Origin: Podarcis cretensis
Lineage: Eukaryota
DNA length: 64,000 bases
Assembly (NCBI GenBank): GCA_951804945.1
Contig: OX638153.1
Span: 67,146,001 to 67,210,000, forward strand
Direction of reading: 5' to 3'
Positions 50,238 to 62,035 of this stretch are shown here, in pieces. Within the stretch, counting starts at the first letter, position 1; every line of letters begins with the position of its first letter. The notes beneath the pieces were generated by a model. The model did not search any database. It had not been told where the DNA came from and saw only the letters and a list, made by a program, of their open reading frames with translations. A program made the position numbers and the translations under genes.

Positions 50238-52494
50238 AGAAAGACTTGGAGTGATAGTTACTATGTCTCTGCAGCACCCAGAGTCAGTGAGTGAGAAAAG
50301 TATGCCTCTGCTCAAATATTTCAATTTATTTGTTTCCCCTGACAATCTGTATACCACATACTTACAGTTTCTGTAAGTAGTGTACAGGAAAGCTCACTTC
50401 GATGGAGCTAAAATGAGTGGACTGCATTAAATCAGAAATCAATTTTCTAGCTATTTAGCTAGTTATCTCCTTAACAAAAGAGAATTCCAGGACCACTGAA
50501 AGGGTTTTCCAATAGTACTTCTATGAATTCTCTCTTGTAAAATCTCCCCATCTTACAACTTTATTTGTGTGGAAGGTGAAAAAAGAAAAGAGCTCAGTGT
50601 GGCAAAGCTCATATGGAGCAGTGATGAGGCAGTGAATTAATTTAATGCAAATGTTGTTTGCATTGTTAGAATTAATACAAACAACATTCATAGGCCCATT
50701 ATTAATATTTGGGACATACAGTATTGGTTGGTCCAATTAAAGGTATTTATTTTTTAAGTAAGGATTATTCTCTGAGGATCTTTGTTGCTATCTGTGGGAA
50801 CCTCCCATCACATACTTCTTTCTCCTATTAAAAGATTATTATCACAATTATTATTTTATTTATTAAATTTGTATACCACCCTTCATCCAAAGATCACATT
50901 ATGAGGCAAAAGTGAAAGGAAAATATCAACAAGCAGAAATTTTCAGCCATGTTACATATTGTTTTGTGCCATCAGAGGAAATAGTTTCTATTCTTCTAAC
51001 TATAAATTGAGGGAACTGAAATGAAATTGCAACATGTTTTGGAGAAGACAAGATTTACTCTTAAGCATGTGTACATACTTCAGAAAGCACCCCCTATTTG
51101 TTTGTAATAAGAAAAATGAGAACAGCCACATATTCACCATCTGTAGTCCTAAAGGCATTCTGTTTTTTCCATAGTTACAAGGCACCAAGAAATAGTTTCA
51201 GACAATCAAATTACTGGAATGATATTTCCATCCCTCTAATTAGGTATAATGGTGCTATGTGCAGATGAATAACTTCTGTCACACACAAAAGAATTCCGCT
51301 CTGATTTGTACAAAGGAGGCAACTTGTCATCTTGTTTTGGAGTTTTATTATGATGCACTTTCAATATACCTCCCAGAAACCTTGATAAGCAATTTATCAA
51401 ACCAACAATCAACCTAGTTAGAAACAGAGGGTGTCAGCTTTTGCTGGCAAATGTAGAAACCTTTACAGCCATTGAAGAACGGAAAAATCACATGTATAAA
51501 GTGACTAAACTGTGCATTTCTTTTAATTGGAAGGCCCTAAGATGTGCCCCCTGGATTTTTAATTATTAGACACACTGTGCCCCATGGCCGACTCAAAATG
51601 TACACATTCCAACAACTGATAGTCCTGGCTTCTCTCAGTGCAACACCTTAGTCATAGCGAAGGATGAGTGAACATGTTGATTTTGGTTTCTCTCAGTTTC
51701 TTGTTTTTCCAATCTTAAATTCAGTTCTCAACATCAGCTTGTGGTTTGTCTTTTTTAGCTGGAGAACTGTGAAATTCAGAGAAGTGTGATTGGTTATGCT
51801 TTGGTTTGTGAATTGTTATGAAAACTGCAGATTCAGTAAATTCACCTTCAAATGTGAACTGAATCAAATTTCTTCTTCAGCCTTAGACAGAACATTATAT
51901 GATGTGATGAAACAAGAAGTCTCAGATTAAAATCTTGCTTGTGTCACCAAATGACTAAGCAATGATTGAGATCTTTTGGTCTCAATCCCCCATCTACACT
52001 ATTGAGATAATAAGGCTGATGCTGAGATAATGTAAATGATTTTATAAGGATTACTAATATTTATTTTGAACGGTCAAAATAAGCTACATAAATTTTATTC
52101 TGCATTTGTGTGTGTATTTCCTGCTGCTATTGGCTAAGTTATATATAAACTACACACTGGAAATCAAACAGCTCTTCTGGAAATACACTTTTCCATGAAA
52201 GGAATCTTATCTTTACAGCAAATGACTTTCCTCACCACAAGAAAGGTGGATTGCAGCCAAGTAGCTATAACAACATGAAACCTCCTTGGTGTTCTTCAAA
52301 AACAAAAGGAAACCAAAGGCAAAACCCTGCCCACAGACACATAGTTTAGGTAAGATGAAAGAAAGTTGGAAGGGAAGGGAAGGGAAGAAAATGTGAATTG
52401 TCAACTTTTGAGCTATGAAAAGAGAATCAAGAAACAATGAATAACCAAGAGGAAATTTTAGAAGAGTCTTGAGGGGGGGGGAGAAAAAAATCAA

Positions 52495-52937
52495 TTATTT
52501 TATTTATTATTTATTAAATTTATATCGTGTCCTCCTTCCCAAAGGAGCCCAGGCTGGAAAACACACAAGCAATAAAATAATAATAATCTAAAAACCACTG
52601 CAGTGCAGATGCGGACTGGGAAGGATCTCAACTTAAAAGGCTTGTTGTAAAAGGAAGGTCTTCAGTAGGTGCCAAAATGACAACAGAGATTGCATGTGTC
52701 TGATATTCAGGGGGAGGGAATTCCAAAGGGCAGGGACCACAACATAAAATGCTCAATTCCTACATTGTGTGAAAATGATTTCCTGATAAGATGGTATCTG
52801 CAGGAGGCCCCCAATTGCAGAGTGCAATGATTGACTGCGTATATAAGAGGTGAGACGTTCTTTTAGGTATCACAGTATCAAGCTGTACAGGGGTTTACCA
52901 ACACCCAAACCAGCACCCAAAACCAGCACCGTGAACA
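52495..52937 (-). mobile_element. Degenerate L2 LINE 3' fragment (third family)
   Basis: gggagggaattccaaagg (LWNSLP reversed), aaggtcttcagtagg and accagcaccgtgaac; (TTTA)n tail. Confidence 0.6.
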
Positions 52938-53537
52938 AATATTAGGCAGGAGATAATACCATGCATGTGGGACGCCCAGTGCCTACATGGTCTATTGTGC
53001 TTTGTCTCCAGTTCTTTAGTATCTATCTTGTCACTGAAGTTCCCTTGAGTACACTCCCAAATTAAGCTTGCTCAAACTGTTTGTACAGTATACATACATA
53101 ACGCGGCCAGGTGATCTTCCCTCCAGGCACTGACCGCCAAACCCAGCAAGTTTGATCTACCATATGCCATCAGACGATGCTATTTTATAGATATTATCTT
53201 GCAACTGTTTCCACTGGAAACTAATACAAATAAAATGTTTTGCAACACATCAGAGATCCACTCACAACAAAATACAACAAAATTTGGGAGACTTTTGGAC
53301 CTTGAGTCTAATTTGTTTTCATTTGAATCATTTGGCTGTCTCTTTAACTGAAAACAGCTCAGGGCCACAGTACCTCAATGATCACCTCTCTCCATAGGAG
53401 CCAACCTGGACCCTGAAATCTAAGGCCCTTTTTCATATGCCCCCTCCATGAAAGGTGCAGAGGGAGGCAGCAGGAGAACAGGCCTTCTCTGCAGTGGCTC
53501 CCCATCTGTGGAATGCTCTCCCCAGGGAAGCTCGCCA

Positions 53538-53771
53538 TCTCGGGTTAAGTACTTAATTCGTTCTGGAGGTCCGTTCTTAACCTGAAACTGTTCTTAACCT
53601 GAAGCACTACTTTAGCTAATGGGGCCTCCAGCTGCCGCCGCGCCACCAGAGCACGATTTCTGTTCTCATCCTGAAGCAAAGTTTTTAACCCAAGGTACTA
53701 TTTCTGGGTTAGTGGAGTCTGTAACCTGAAGCGTCTGTAACCTGAAGTGTATGTAACCCGAGGTACCACTG
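53538..53771 (-). mobile_element. Tigger/pogo-like MITE, same family as 18551-18776, outer left TIR missing
   Basis: Reverse complement of the 18.6 kb element; ends cccgaggtaccactg followed by TA. Confidence 0.85.
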
Positions 53772-53933
53772 TATATACGTAGGCACCAGGCAAAACCATC
53801 TGTGGCGTTTTAGTAGTGAGTGGGGTGTTTCTAATGTATTCCCCCACCCTGCTTGTTTTTAATTTATCTAATGGGTTTTTGTTTGGTTGATTGTAAGTTG
53901 CTTCAGGTTGCCTTGGGCAAACAAAATGTTTAA

Positions 53934-53973
<40 letters not shown>

Positions 53974-53974
<1 letters not shown>

Positions 53975-54181
53975 AGTCATAACTCAGGTTACAGATGCTT
54001 CAGGTTGTGTTTTATCGGGTTACGCTGAAACCCAGAAGTACCAGAACAGATTACTTCCAGGTTTCGGCGGTCGCGCTTGCGCAGAAGTGCCAAATCTCAA
54101 CCCGCGCGTGCGCAGACGTGCAGCTGCGGGTTGCGAACGTGCATCCCACACTAATCACGTGCGCAACCCGAGCGTCCACTA
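53974..54181. mobile_element. Tc1/mariner-type MITE inserted at a TA inside a (TAA)n array
   Basis: TA|cagtcataactcaggtt ... aacccgagcgtccact(a)|TA; CpG-rich. Confidence 0.7.
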
Positions 54182-55149
54182 TAATAATAATAATAATGGG
54201 AGAAATTAGCAGAGGTGCACAACTTTTTCCTTTTGGAATGTAATATAAATATAAGCGGCTTTAAAGCCTTAGCCAAGCCTTTGAATTTTTAAAATATACA
54301 TTCACACTGCTGAATATTTCATGAAAACAGGTCAAAGTCATCCTCCAAGGAGATAATCCTGTTTAAACATTTTATCATGTGCTCACAGCATGCTTGACAT
54401 CGCAGCTGATGTTGCGTCTGTGATGCCCAAACACAGCTGATCAAACACAGCTCACCTCTGGAAACTTCATGTCTCAACTGCTGGTCTTTTAAAATGAGCT
54501 TCTGGAGATGAGCCAAGTCATTACAAGATTCCACACTCTCTTTGACTATGCATTGGAGGTAGAGGGAACCTCCATGCTGAGCAGATAATGAGTTTGTACC
54601 TTGGGGAACTCAGCTGACTTCCCACATTAGCAGACAATAAAACTGAAACAATGCCTAATGCATGACGCAGAAAAGATTACCCCCAAATTACATACTTGTC
54701 TCCCACATAGCATGCTTATTCAGATTATTCAGAATACTTTAGCACAAAACATCACATTCTCAAGGGATGGAGTCATTAAGATAGAATAGGAAGGGGGAGC
54801 CTCTGCGTCAGAGTCCTTGCCTCAGCTAGGATGTAAATGGATTGAAGCGAGATTTATTTTGCCCTAAAAGGGGATAAAACTAGGCGTGTGTTTCAATTTT
54901 AGGTTTTCCGTTACCTAACTCCACTTGCTTTACACCTGTGCAAATCAGAACCAGATGCTCAGCATTTCAGAAACCCAACTTTATAATATCCACAGCCCTG
55001 GGAAAGTGTAGTGGAAGATAAGAGAAAGGGCCCCTGGGTCAGGAAGAAAGTGTTATCATAAAGTCTACATATGACTTCCATATGATGTATGCAAAGAAAA
55101 GGGAAAACCATGCTTCAGTGGAGAAAGTAGATCTTGGCTCTGTTTGCAT

Positions 55150-55287
55150 CAGGGGTTGGGAGCATGTCACATCCCAGATGCTGCTGGAACATAACTCTCA
55201 GCATCCTTGACTGCGGCCCTTGATGGCTACGTCTGACAGAAGTTGAAGTCCAACAACACCTGGAGGGAAACAGATTCCCCACCCCTG
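55150..55287. mobile_element. Degenerate palindromic hAT MITE
   Basis: caggggttgggag / attccccacccctg; flanks gtttgcat / gtctgcgt. Confidence 0.6.
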
Positions 55288-56011
55288 GTCTGCGTGAAAA
55301 GAGTAGCTTCATGATACAAAGTCTGTAGGAAGATGTAGCTTTTTAGATGCGGGGTGGGTTTTCCCAAGCATGCTGAGTGAAAAGTATTTTCCAAGAATAC
55401 AATGGCAAATAACATGGGTAATCACAGTAGCCAGGAAACTCAGTATCTGCTGAAGGAAAGGGAACTGCAGTGATATGTGCAGCCACATAGAAAAAGAGAG
55501 TCACAGTTTGATGGGATTAAAATCACACTAGCTCAGACTTAAAAAGGAGAGTGGGTAACAGTGATAAAGAAACCTACACCTGTCTACCTAGGTAGGTGGG
55601 CACAGGATTGCAACTTAAAGTACAGTATGCTAAAAGAAGAAGAAAACACTATATATTTAAGGAATGTCCTCTGAAGTGGGAAGTGGTGGTTTTAATTAGG
55701 TTTCTACCTTTGAATTTCAGAAATACAGGTGTCCTGGATTATGGGAGGGCAGGTGAAGAGACAGAATACTCAATCCCAGGTGCAACTCAGCACCTGTAGT
55801 TTAGTGTCTTTTCAGACCCTGAAACTGGGATCTGATACAATACCGTCTTCCTAGCTGGACCAGTAATATACTCTCTGGTTAGCAGCACTAACAATGTTAG
55901 AGACTGTGAAAACAAACATGTGCTCTTTGTTTCTTCATTGGCCTTTTTCTTAGAGAGAATGTGAGCATGTGAATATGCATCTCTATGCTCTTACAGAGAA
56001 GGAAAATGTGA

Positions 56012-56016
<5 letters not shown>

Positions 56017-56047
<31 letters not shown>
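56017..56047. repeat. (TG)n microsatellite
   Basis: Directly visible. Confidence 0.9.
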
Positions 56048-56049
<2 letters not shown>

Positions 56050-58872
56050 ATACACACTGTGCATGAGTTTAAATATGTGCATGTTATTATATACTTATCA
56101 TGCTGGTAATATGAAAATTGGCATGTTATTCTTCAATCTTTAAATTTAGCTATAGAAAGAACAAATATGTCCCAAATGTAAAAGCAGTATCAGGGCAAAA
56201 AAGAAAACAGAGAAAGCACCCTGATATTTTAAATCTCAGACTACACAGTGACTTTGAAAGAAGATGCAATGCCCAAAGACTATATTAATTACTGAAAAGA
56301 AAACAGAAAAAGAAAAGAAATAATGTATGTATTTATTAAACATTTTCATTTCCCATAAAACCTCAAGACTACATTCTTTCCAGCTTTGTGACTGCTGACA
56401 GCAACAGATTTAAAACAAAGCAGGATTTTATTTTCACAATCCTCTCTTGTTCTTATAGCTTACTATTATAATACTCTTTAACATTAGCAGACCCTACTGT
56501 ATGGTGCAGTTGCATGGAACTAGCTGGCAGCACAAGGTTGTTTTAAAGAACTGGGCAGAACGGCTTGAATGAAAATGCTCAGAACTAGGTGTCTTTCCAA
56601 ACTCTTGGTCTACCAGAGTGGTTCACCAGAAAAAAAAATAGAGATCTGAGCTTGGCAAAGTAGGACCATTAAAGAAACACTTGGCACTGTTGACATTTTG
56701 ATTTAGTGGCAATATGGTACTTCATGGTCCTTCACACACAACTGAATGAAATATGCTATGGAATTACAACTGCACTTGCCTTGTTTTTGTTTTTGATTAA
56801 TGAGAGAAATACAGTTGGTTGGTGTGTGTCCTTCTGTTTCTTTTGAGAGATACACTCTGGCTATAGTTGTCCATGCTCTGGTTGTGCTCACAAGATAAGG
56901 CAGGAAGTTGGGGACACGAGAATCCCTTGAACACTGGAAATGGGTTTAAATGACCTCACCTTTATGGGTTACAGCATTCACAGTTCAGCATGGCTTAGGG
57001 CAGGAATGGTACAATGGACCACATAACTATGTGGCCACTCAGCTCATATGCTGGAAGCCAAGCTTGGGCCCACTACAATATGGACTGATACTGTGGCCCA
57101 CCATCATCAACGTGGGAGAGTTGAGGGCATGCTAGCCTCCAAGCTAGGCATAATGCATTTTTGAACATTGTTTTTACTCACATCCATGGTGTCAGGCATA
57201 CTTCCTCCTAATATATGTTCTCTCTCTCTCTCTTTACACATACTTATTTACAGAACCACATCACAAAATTTGGAGAACTGCAAGTTTGGAAAGATCTTTC
57301 GGTTAGCATGAAAAACTGACCTGAAGAAATCTATTCCTATTTGAAAAGTAATGTGGGTAGCAAGTGAGGAGACAGCCTCTTCTGTGGTGCTGCCCCTCAC
57401 AGGTAACACCTTCTTCCCCAGAAAGGTTTGATACTTTAGAAAGGTGGTGGATCAAAGCAATTCTTTTCTCCTGAACTTTTAAACCAAAAGAACAAGGATG
57501 TTTAATAGCCACATCAAAGTTTTTTTACGTTGTTGGATTTTATTGCTGCTTTATCTTGTTTCATCTTGTTTGGCTTGTTTTATAATTCTGCTATTGCATT
57601 TTACAGCTTTTTCTTTTTGTATTCTACTTTACTTTTCTCTGTATCCTTGCCTTCCGAATTTATATTACTAAAATTGAAAGGTGGGGTGTTTATTTATCCA
57701 AACACATATCACATAAAAACATAGAATGAAATACATAAAGAATGTTTTCTCATGGAAGATGAGCAGTGTTTGGGACATGGTACCTAAAGAGCATAGAGTC
57801 CTTAGGAAGTCCAGTCCTCTGTGTATTTACTTGAAGACAAGGCCCTGGGCCTTGAGTGGGACATATTGCCAACTGAGCACATAGAACCACAAATTAAAGA
57901 AACAAATTGTCTTACCAACTTGATGTGTTTCTGTAGCAGTCTCTCTGTACAGCCTTTTATAATTGTGGTGGCCACTCGCAAATGTGTTGTGAGACGGCAA
58001 TATTAATAATATATGACGAGAAGGCTGGGGTTTCCCATAACAGGTTTGATTTAGTGATTTTAGCCTTAGTTTGTGCCTCTCTATCCCCAGTGTCATTACC
58101 AAAACCATACTTCTCAGACCTTTATCAGCTGAATGAATCCAGGACTAGTATAAAATATTTCCCATTTGATGAAGCCAATTTTGTGTCTAATTCCAGCCTG
58201 CTGCTGCATCAAAGTCAATTGACTGTGTAAGTGTCAGGAATCTAAATCTAGTGCTGGCACCAAGGCAGTGAGCTCTGTGGTTCAGCAGAGATGTGAATGA
58301 GTGTGGGCTCGTCCATGTCAAAACATTCTCAGGCATAGTAATGCTAGGGAACAAAAAGGTCAGTGAAACTTATGACTGGCTGACTTGGACTTCCAGGAGT
58401 GTGTGGGACTACGATTCTCCACCATGTGCCTCTTTTGGCACCCTTCAAATACCTGAACCATCGTGCATCTGTAAGTAAACAGTTGTATTACAAAGTCACT
58501 GAAAGTCCCCATTAGTCTCTTTCGGGAAGGAAATTGACCCTGCAAAATTGCTGTGAGAGTGTCCTAAGGCAGGAGGGGAGAAGCAAGCAATTGCCAGAGA
58601 ACTAGCCCCCCTCCTTCCTCCTAGTCCAGTGTTGAATTTTTCTCCCATTTTTTCCAGCCCATTTTCAATTCATGGAATAAGAAACTGCATTACAATTACC
58701 AAAAGAAATTTGTTTGGTGAAATGGTAATGGTTGGCGTCTGGAGTTGTTATTGCCCTTACCTTACTTTCAAGATGTGCAAAGTGTATCTGCAAGTAATAC
58801 GTATTGGGTGCCTGTCCTCCAAAACCCCATGACATCCTTGGCTGGATTATCCTGTAAGTACACTTTGGTGGA

Positions 58873-59242
58873 GGGACGCGGGTGGCACTGTGGTCTAAAC
58901 CACAGAGCCTAGGGCCTGCCGATCGGAAGGTCAGCGGTCTGAATCTCCATGACGGGGTGAGCTCCCATTGCTCGGTCCCTGCTCCTGCCAACCTAGCAGT
59001 TTGAAAGCACGTCAAAGTGCAAGTAGATAAATAGGTACTGCTCCGGTGGGAAGGTAAACGGCGTTTCCGTGCGCTGCTCTGGTTTTGCCAGAAGCGGTGT
59101 AGTCATGCTGGCCACATGACCCAGAAAAACTGTCTGTGGACAAATGTCGGCTCCCTCAGCCAGTAAAGCGAGATGAGCGCCGCAACCCCAGAGTCGTTCA
59201 CGACTGGACTTAACTGTCAGGGGTCCTTTACCTTTACCTTTT
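58873..59242 (+). mobile_element. Sauria SINE, subfamily A
   Basis: Full-length; TSD taca(c/t)tttggtgg (58859-58871 and 59243-59255). Confidence 0.9.
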
Positions 59243-59483
59243 TACATTTTGGTGGGGAGGCTATCTCTTCTTCTTTGGCGATCACTCGTGGCCGAGTAAG
59301 ATTGTCTTTCATGAACATGGTCTTAACGATGTGTCCTGCTCCTGCCTCTCTCCACCTGGCCCAGGGCGTGGCCTGACAGGTTTCATAAGGACTGCTTCTG
59401 CTGCCAAGCAAGTACCACCCTGCTGAAAGCCTGAGAGCCCTGCCACTGCCTCTCTCCACCTGGCACAGGGCAGGGGCTCACGT

Positions 59484-60310
59484 CTTTAACCTACATCCTA
59501 TGCCCTTTTAAAATGTGTTGGGTGGAGGAGGGGACATTTTATCATATGTGATGGGATTGTAAGGTAATTTAAAAATTTTGGGAAATGATATAAGACAAAT
59601 TGAAGAAAATATTCCATTTAACATTTGTTTAAAAACCTGAAGCATTTTTGTTAGGGATTGTAGGGAAAGATCTGCCAAAAAAGCTGAAAAACGTCTTCAT
59701 GGATGAGACAATAGCCGCGAGAGTTTTAATAGCACAAGGATGGAAGACTGAAGAAACCCCAACTAAAGAATCATGGCAAGAAAAATTGATGGACTATGCA
59801 GAACTGGCAAAACTGACAAACAAGCTACGCGACAAGGATATCTGTGACTTTAAAGATGAATGGGATGCAACAAAGCGAACTGGACTCCTTGGCTGGCTTT
59901 GAATAAACATTCACAAACTTTTTATTGATAATATTCAGCTAAATGGTTTGAGGATCTATACAACTTTGTAACATGCAGAAAACAGCATTTTTAGAGAAAT
60001 CGAAGACTGGAACTGAGGGAAGTCGGGGGTGGGGGTGGGTGGGTTCTGTGGGGGGAAGGAGGGGGAGGGAGGAAAAATGGGGGGGAAATAAGGATGATAT
60101 GTTTCTGGATAATATGTTTTGTTTTAATTTTGAATAAAGAAGTTATTAGAATAAACAGGAAAAAAATTAAAATTTGTTGGGGGGATTATTGGGTTGTTGG
60201 TGTTCATATCTGGTTATGTATTTTGTGGTTTTATATTCTGATTTTATCCTGTGAACTGCCCTGAAACCTGCGGGTATAGAGTGGCATAGAAGTTCAAATA
60301 AGAATAAGAA
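59484..60310 (+). mobile_element. L2 family B 3' UTR split by an L1
   Basis: acatcctatgcccttttaaaatgt... and ...ttattgggttgttg...tgtgaactgccctga align to the reverse complement of 17060-17210. Confidence 0.7.
59523..60168 (+). mobile_element. 5'-truncated L1 (ORF2 C-terminus, G-rich 3' UTR, A-rich tail)
   Basis: GTFYHM*WDC...PEAFLLGI...AARVLIAQGWK...W..KLMDYAELAKLT; AATAAA at 60133. TSD aaaat(g/t)tgttggg (59510-59522 and 60169-60181) at a TT/AAAA site. Confidence 0.85.
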
Positions 60311-60715
60311 TGTCCATAAGTAACTGTGGAGGCCAATTCTGGATCCACACATCCTTCCACAGTGGGGACTACTCTGCACCTGGCAGGTGTTCATTTGTAT
60401 TGCTTTTAAGTGAAGTTTTTTTAAAAAAAAGAAATTATTGCACAAGGCTTTTTCTTTTTAAGGCAAAAGGAAGAATTCTCCTTAAAAAACAAAGTCAGCA
60501 AGTACACAAATCAGAGACTTTCTTTAGCCAGCCACCCCAGCTTTCTAGGTAAAAATCAGGGAAGATGTCATAAAGGAACTTCTCTAAATTTCTCATTTTT
60601 CTCAATATTAAGTATGTATGGTGTGATGGGAAACACCTCAGCACAAAAATTTGTTACCAGATATGCTTGTGCCTCTATTCACATGTGCACATGTTCAAAG
60701 AACCATTAATTTGGG

Positions 60716-60860
60716 CAGTGCTTTTTTCTAAAAAAAATGTTTAGGGGTATTCCCATTTTCCTACTCATATTGAAATACTGCCCCTCAATGAGGCCAAACT
60801 TAGATTCACAAAATATTTAGGAGTATGCGTACCCCTGCATCCCACCAGAAAAAAGCACTG
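60716..60860. mobile_element. hAT MITE
   Basis: TIRs cagtgctttttt / aaaaaagcactg; perfect 8-bp TSD aatttggg. Confidence 0.88.
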
Positions 60861-61420
60861 AATTTGGGGGGTCTTTACTGCAGACGATTGCATGCCACAG
60901 AAATTTTTGCAAATGATAGGATTACCTGAGAGTGTCGCTCTATATTATTTGCCCTGGAAAAGTTAGCATGTTATTGAATATTTAAAATAATTTCAAGAAT
61001 TACGACAGCAGAAAAAAGAATTCACATTTTCTAGAGATAAAAAAATATTGAGCAGAATGGTTTTTAAAGTTAAGTAATAGCCTGCATATATAAAATAGAA
61101 AGACTTGCACCAAAGAAATAATCAAGCACCATTGGTTTTTATTTATCTATAGTTAAATTTATAGCCTGCTTTCCCCCTCTGGTGGAGATGCTCAGAGCAG
61201 CCAACAAAACATATTTTTAAAAACCTGTAATATCTATTTTAAAAACATCAGCACCACAACACTAAAGATAGCATGAAGAAATACTAAAACCAGCATTAAA
61301 CAAAACACTAAAACCAGTGTTAAAAACATTTAAAACAGCATTTAAAACCAAGCGAGCCAGGACTAGCACTTAATCTACAGAGCAGTAAAATGACTTACTT
61401 AAAAAGTAATGTCTTCAAAA

Positions 61421-62035
61421 TGCTGGCAGTACCCAGTTTCAGGCCTCGGGAGCCCTGGGCAAACACCTTCCCTCTCCTGCATGCCCTGCCAGGAGGGCTT
61501 GATCTCAATGTGGTTTATTGGTTTCCTGATCTACCCAGATCAGCTGTAACTGGGAACTCTGGCTAAGTACAAGGCAGGATCTTTATGCCCAAGCCAGCAA
61601 GCAGTGAGCCAAGAGGAGGGGAAAGAGTTCTCAGAAGTGGCAGTTAGGCACTGGAATATGTTGTTGGTGTATGGAAGGGCAGGGGGTGGCAATCGCCTTC
61701 CTTTATGAGTATTCCGTTAAAGGAATCTGGCGGTCGTGGATCCTGTCCGATGCCCTGCTGTGGCTGGGGGCCATGGCACGACCCCCGGTGACATCAGGGG
61801 AGAGCTTACAGTTGTATTTCTATCAACAGGCTCCCCCTACTGGTGGTTAACCCTTGTTAGACTCACCCCTCCCTGAGGGGTGGTCGAACTTTGTGTTTTT
61901 TTCCAATGCCTAAGCCAATACCTCTCACATGCTGTAATCAATAAAGTTGTGGCCTTTTCTAGCGCATTAACCTTAAATACTGTGTCCATGTGTCTTTCTT
62001 ATCCACAAGCGTGGGGGCAGGGTCCCCGAACCACA
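61421..62035 (+). mobile_element. LTR-like terminal repeat, possibly of a tyrosine-recombinase (DIRS/Ngaro-type) retroelement
   Basis: GC-rich block with TG...CA ends and AATAAAGTTGTGGCC near the 3' end. No TSD found; the left boundary is uncertain. Confidence 0.4.

Larger units (their letters stand above)
53355..54197 (+). mobile_element. L2 family B 3' fragment with (TAA)n tail, interrupted by two MITEs
   Basis: ggccttctctgcagtggctccccatctgtggaatgctctcccc is shared with the 17 kb copy. Sequence resumes after 53771; the tail at 53935-54197 is split by a MITE. Confidence 0.65.
59264..60369 (-). mobile_element. RTE-clade LINE 3' end split into 59264-59336 and 60311-60369
   Basis: The right piece encodes PHCGRMCGSRIGLHSYLWT (RTE C-terminal zinc finger); the left piece carries the 3' UTR and (GAA)n tail. 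tgtcc is duplicated at both breakpoints. Confidence 0.72.
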
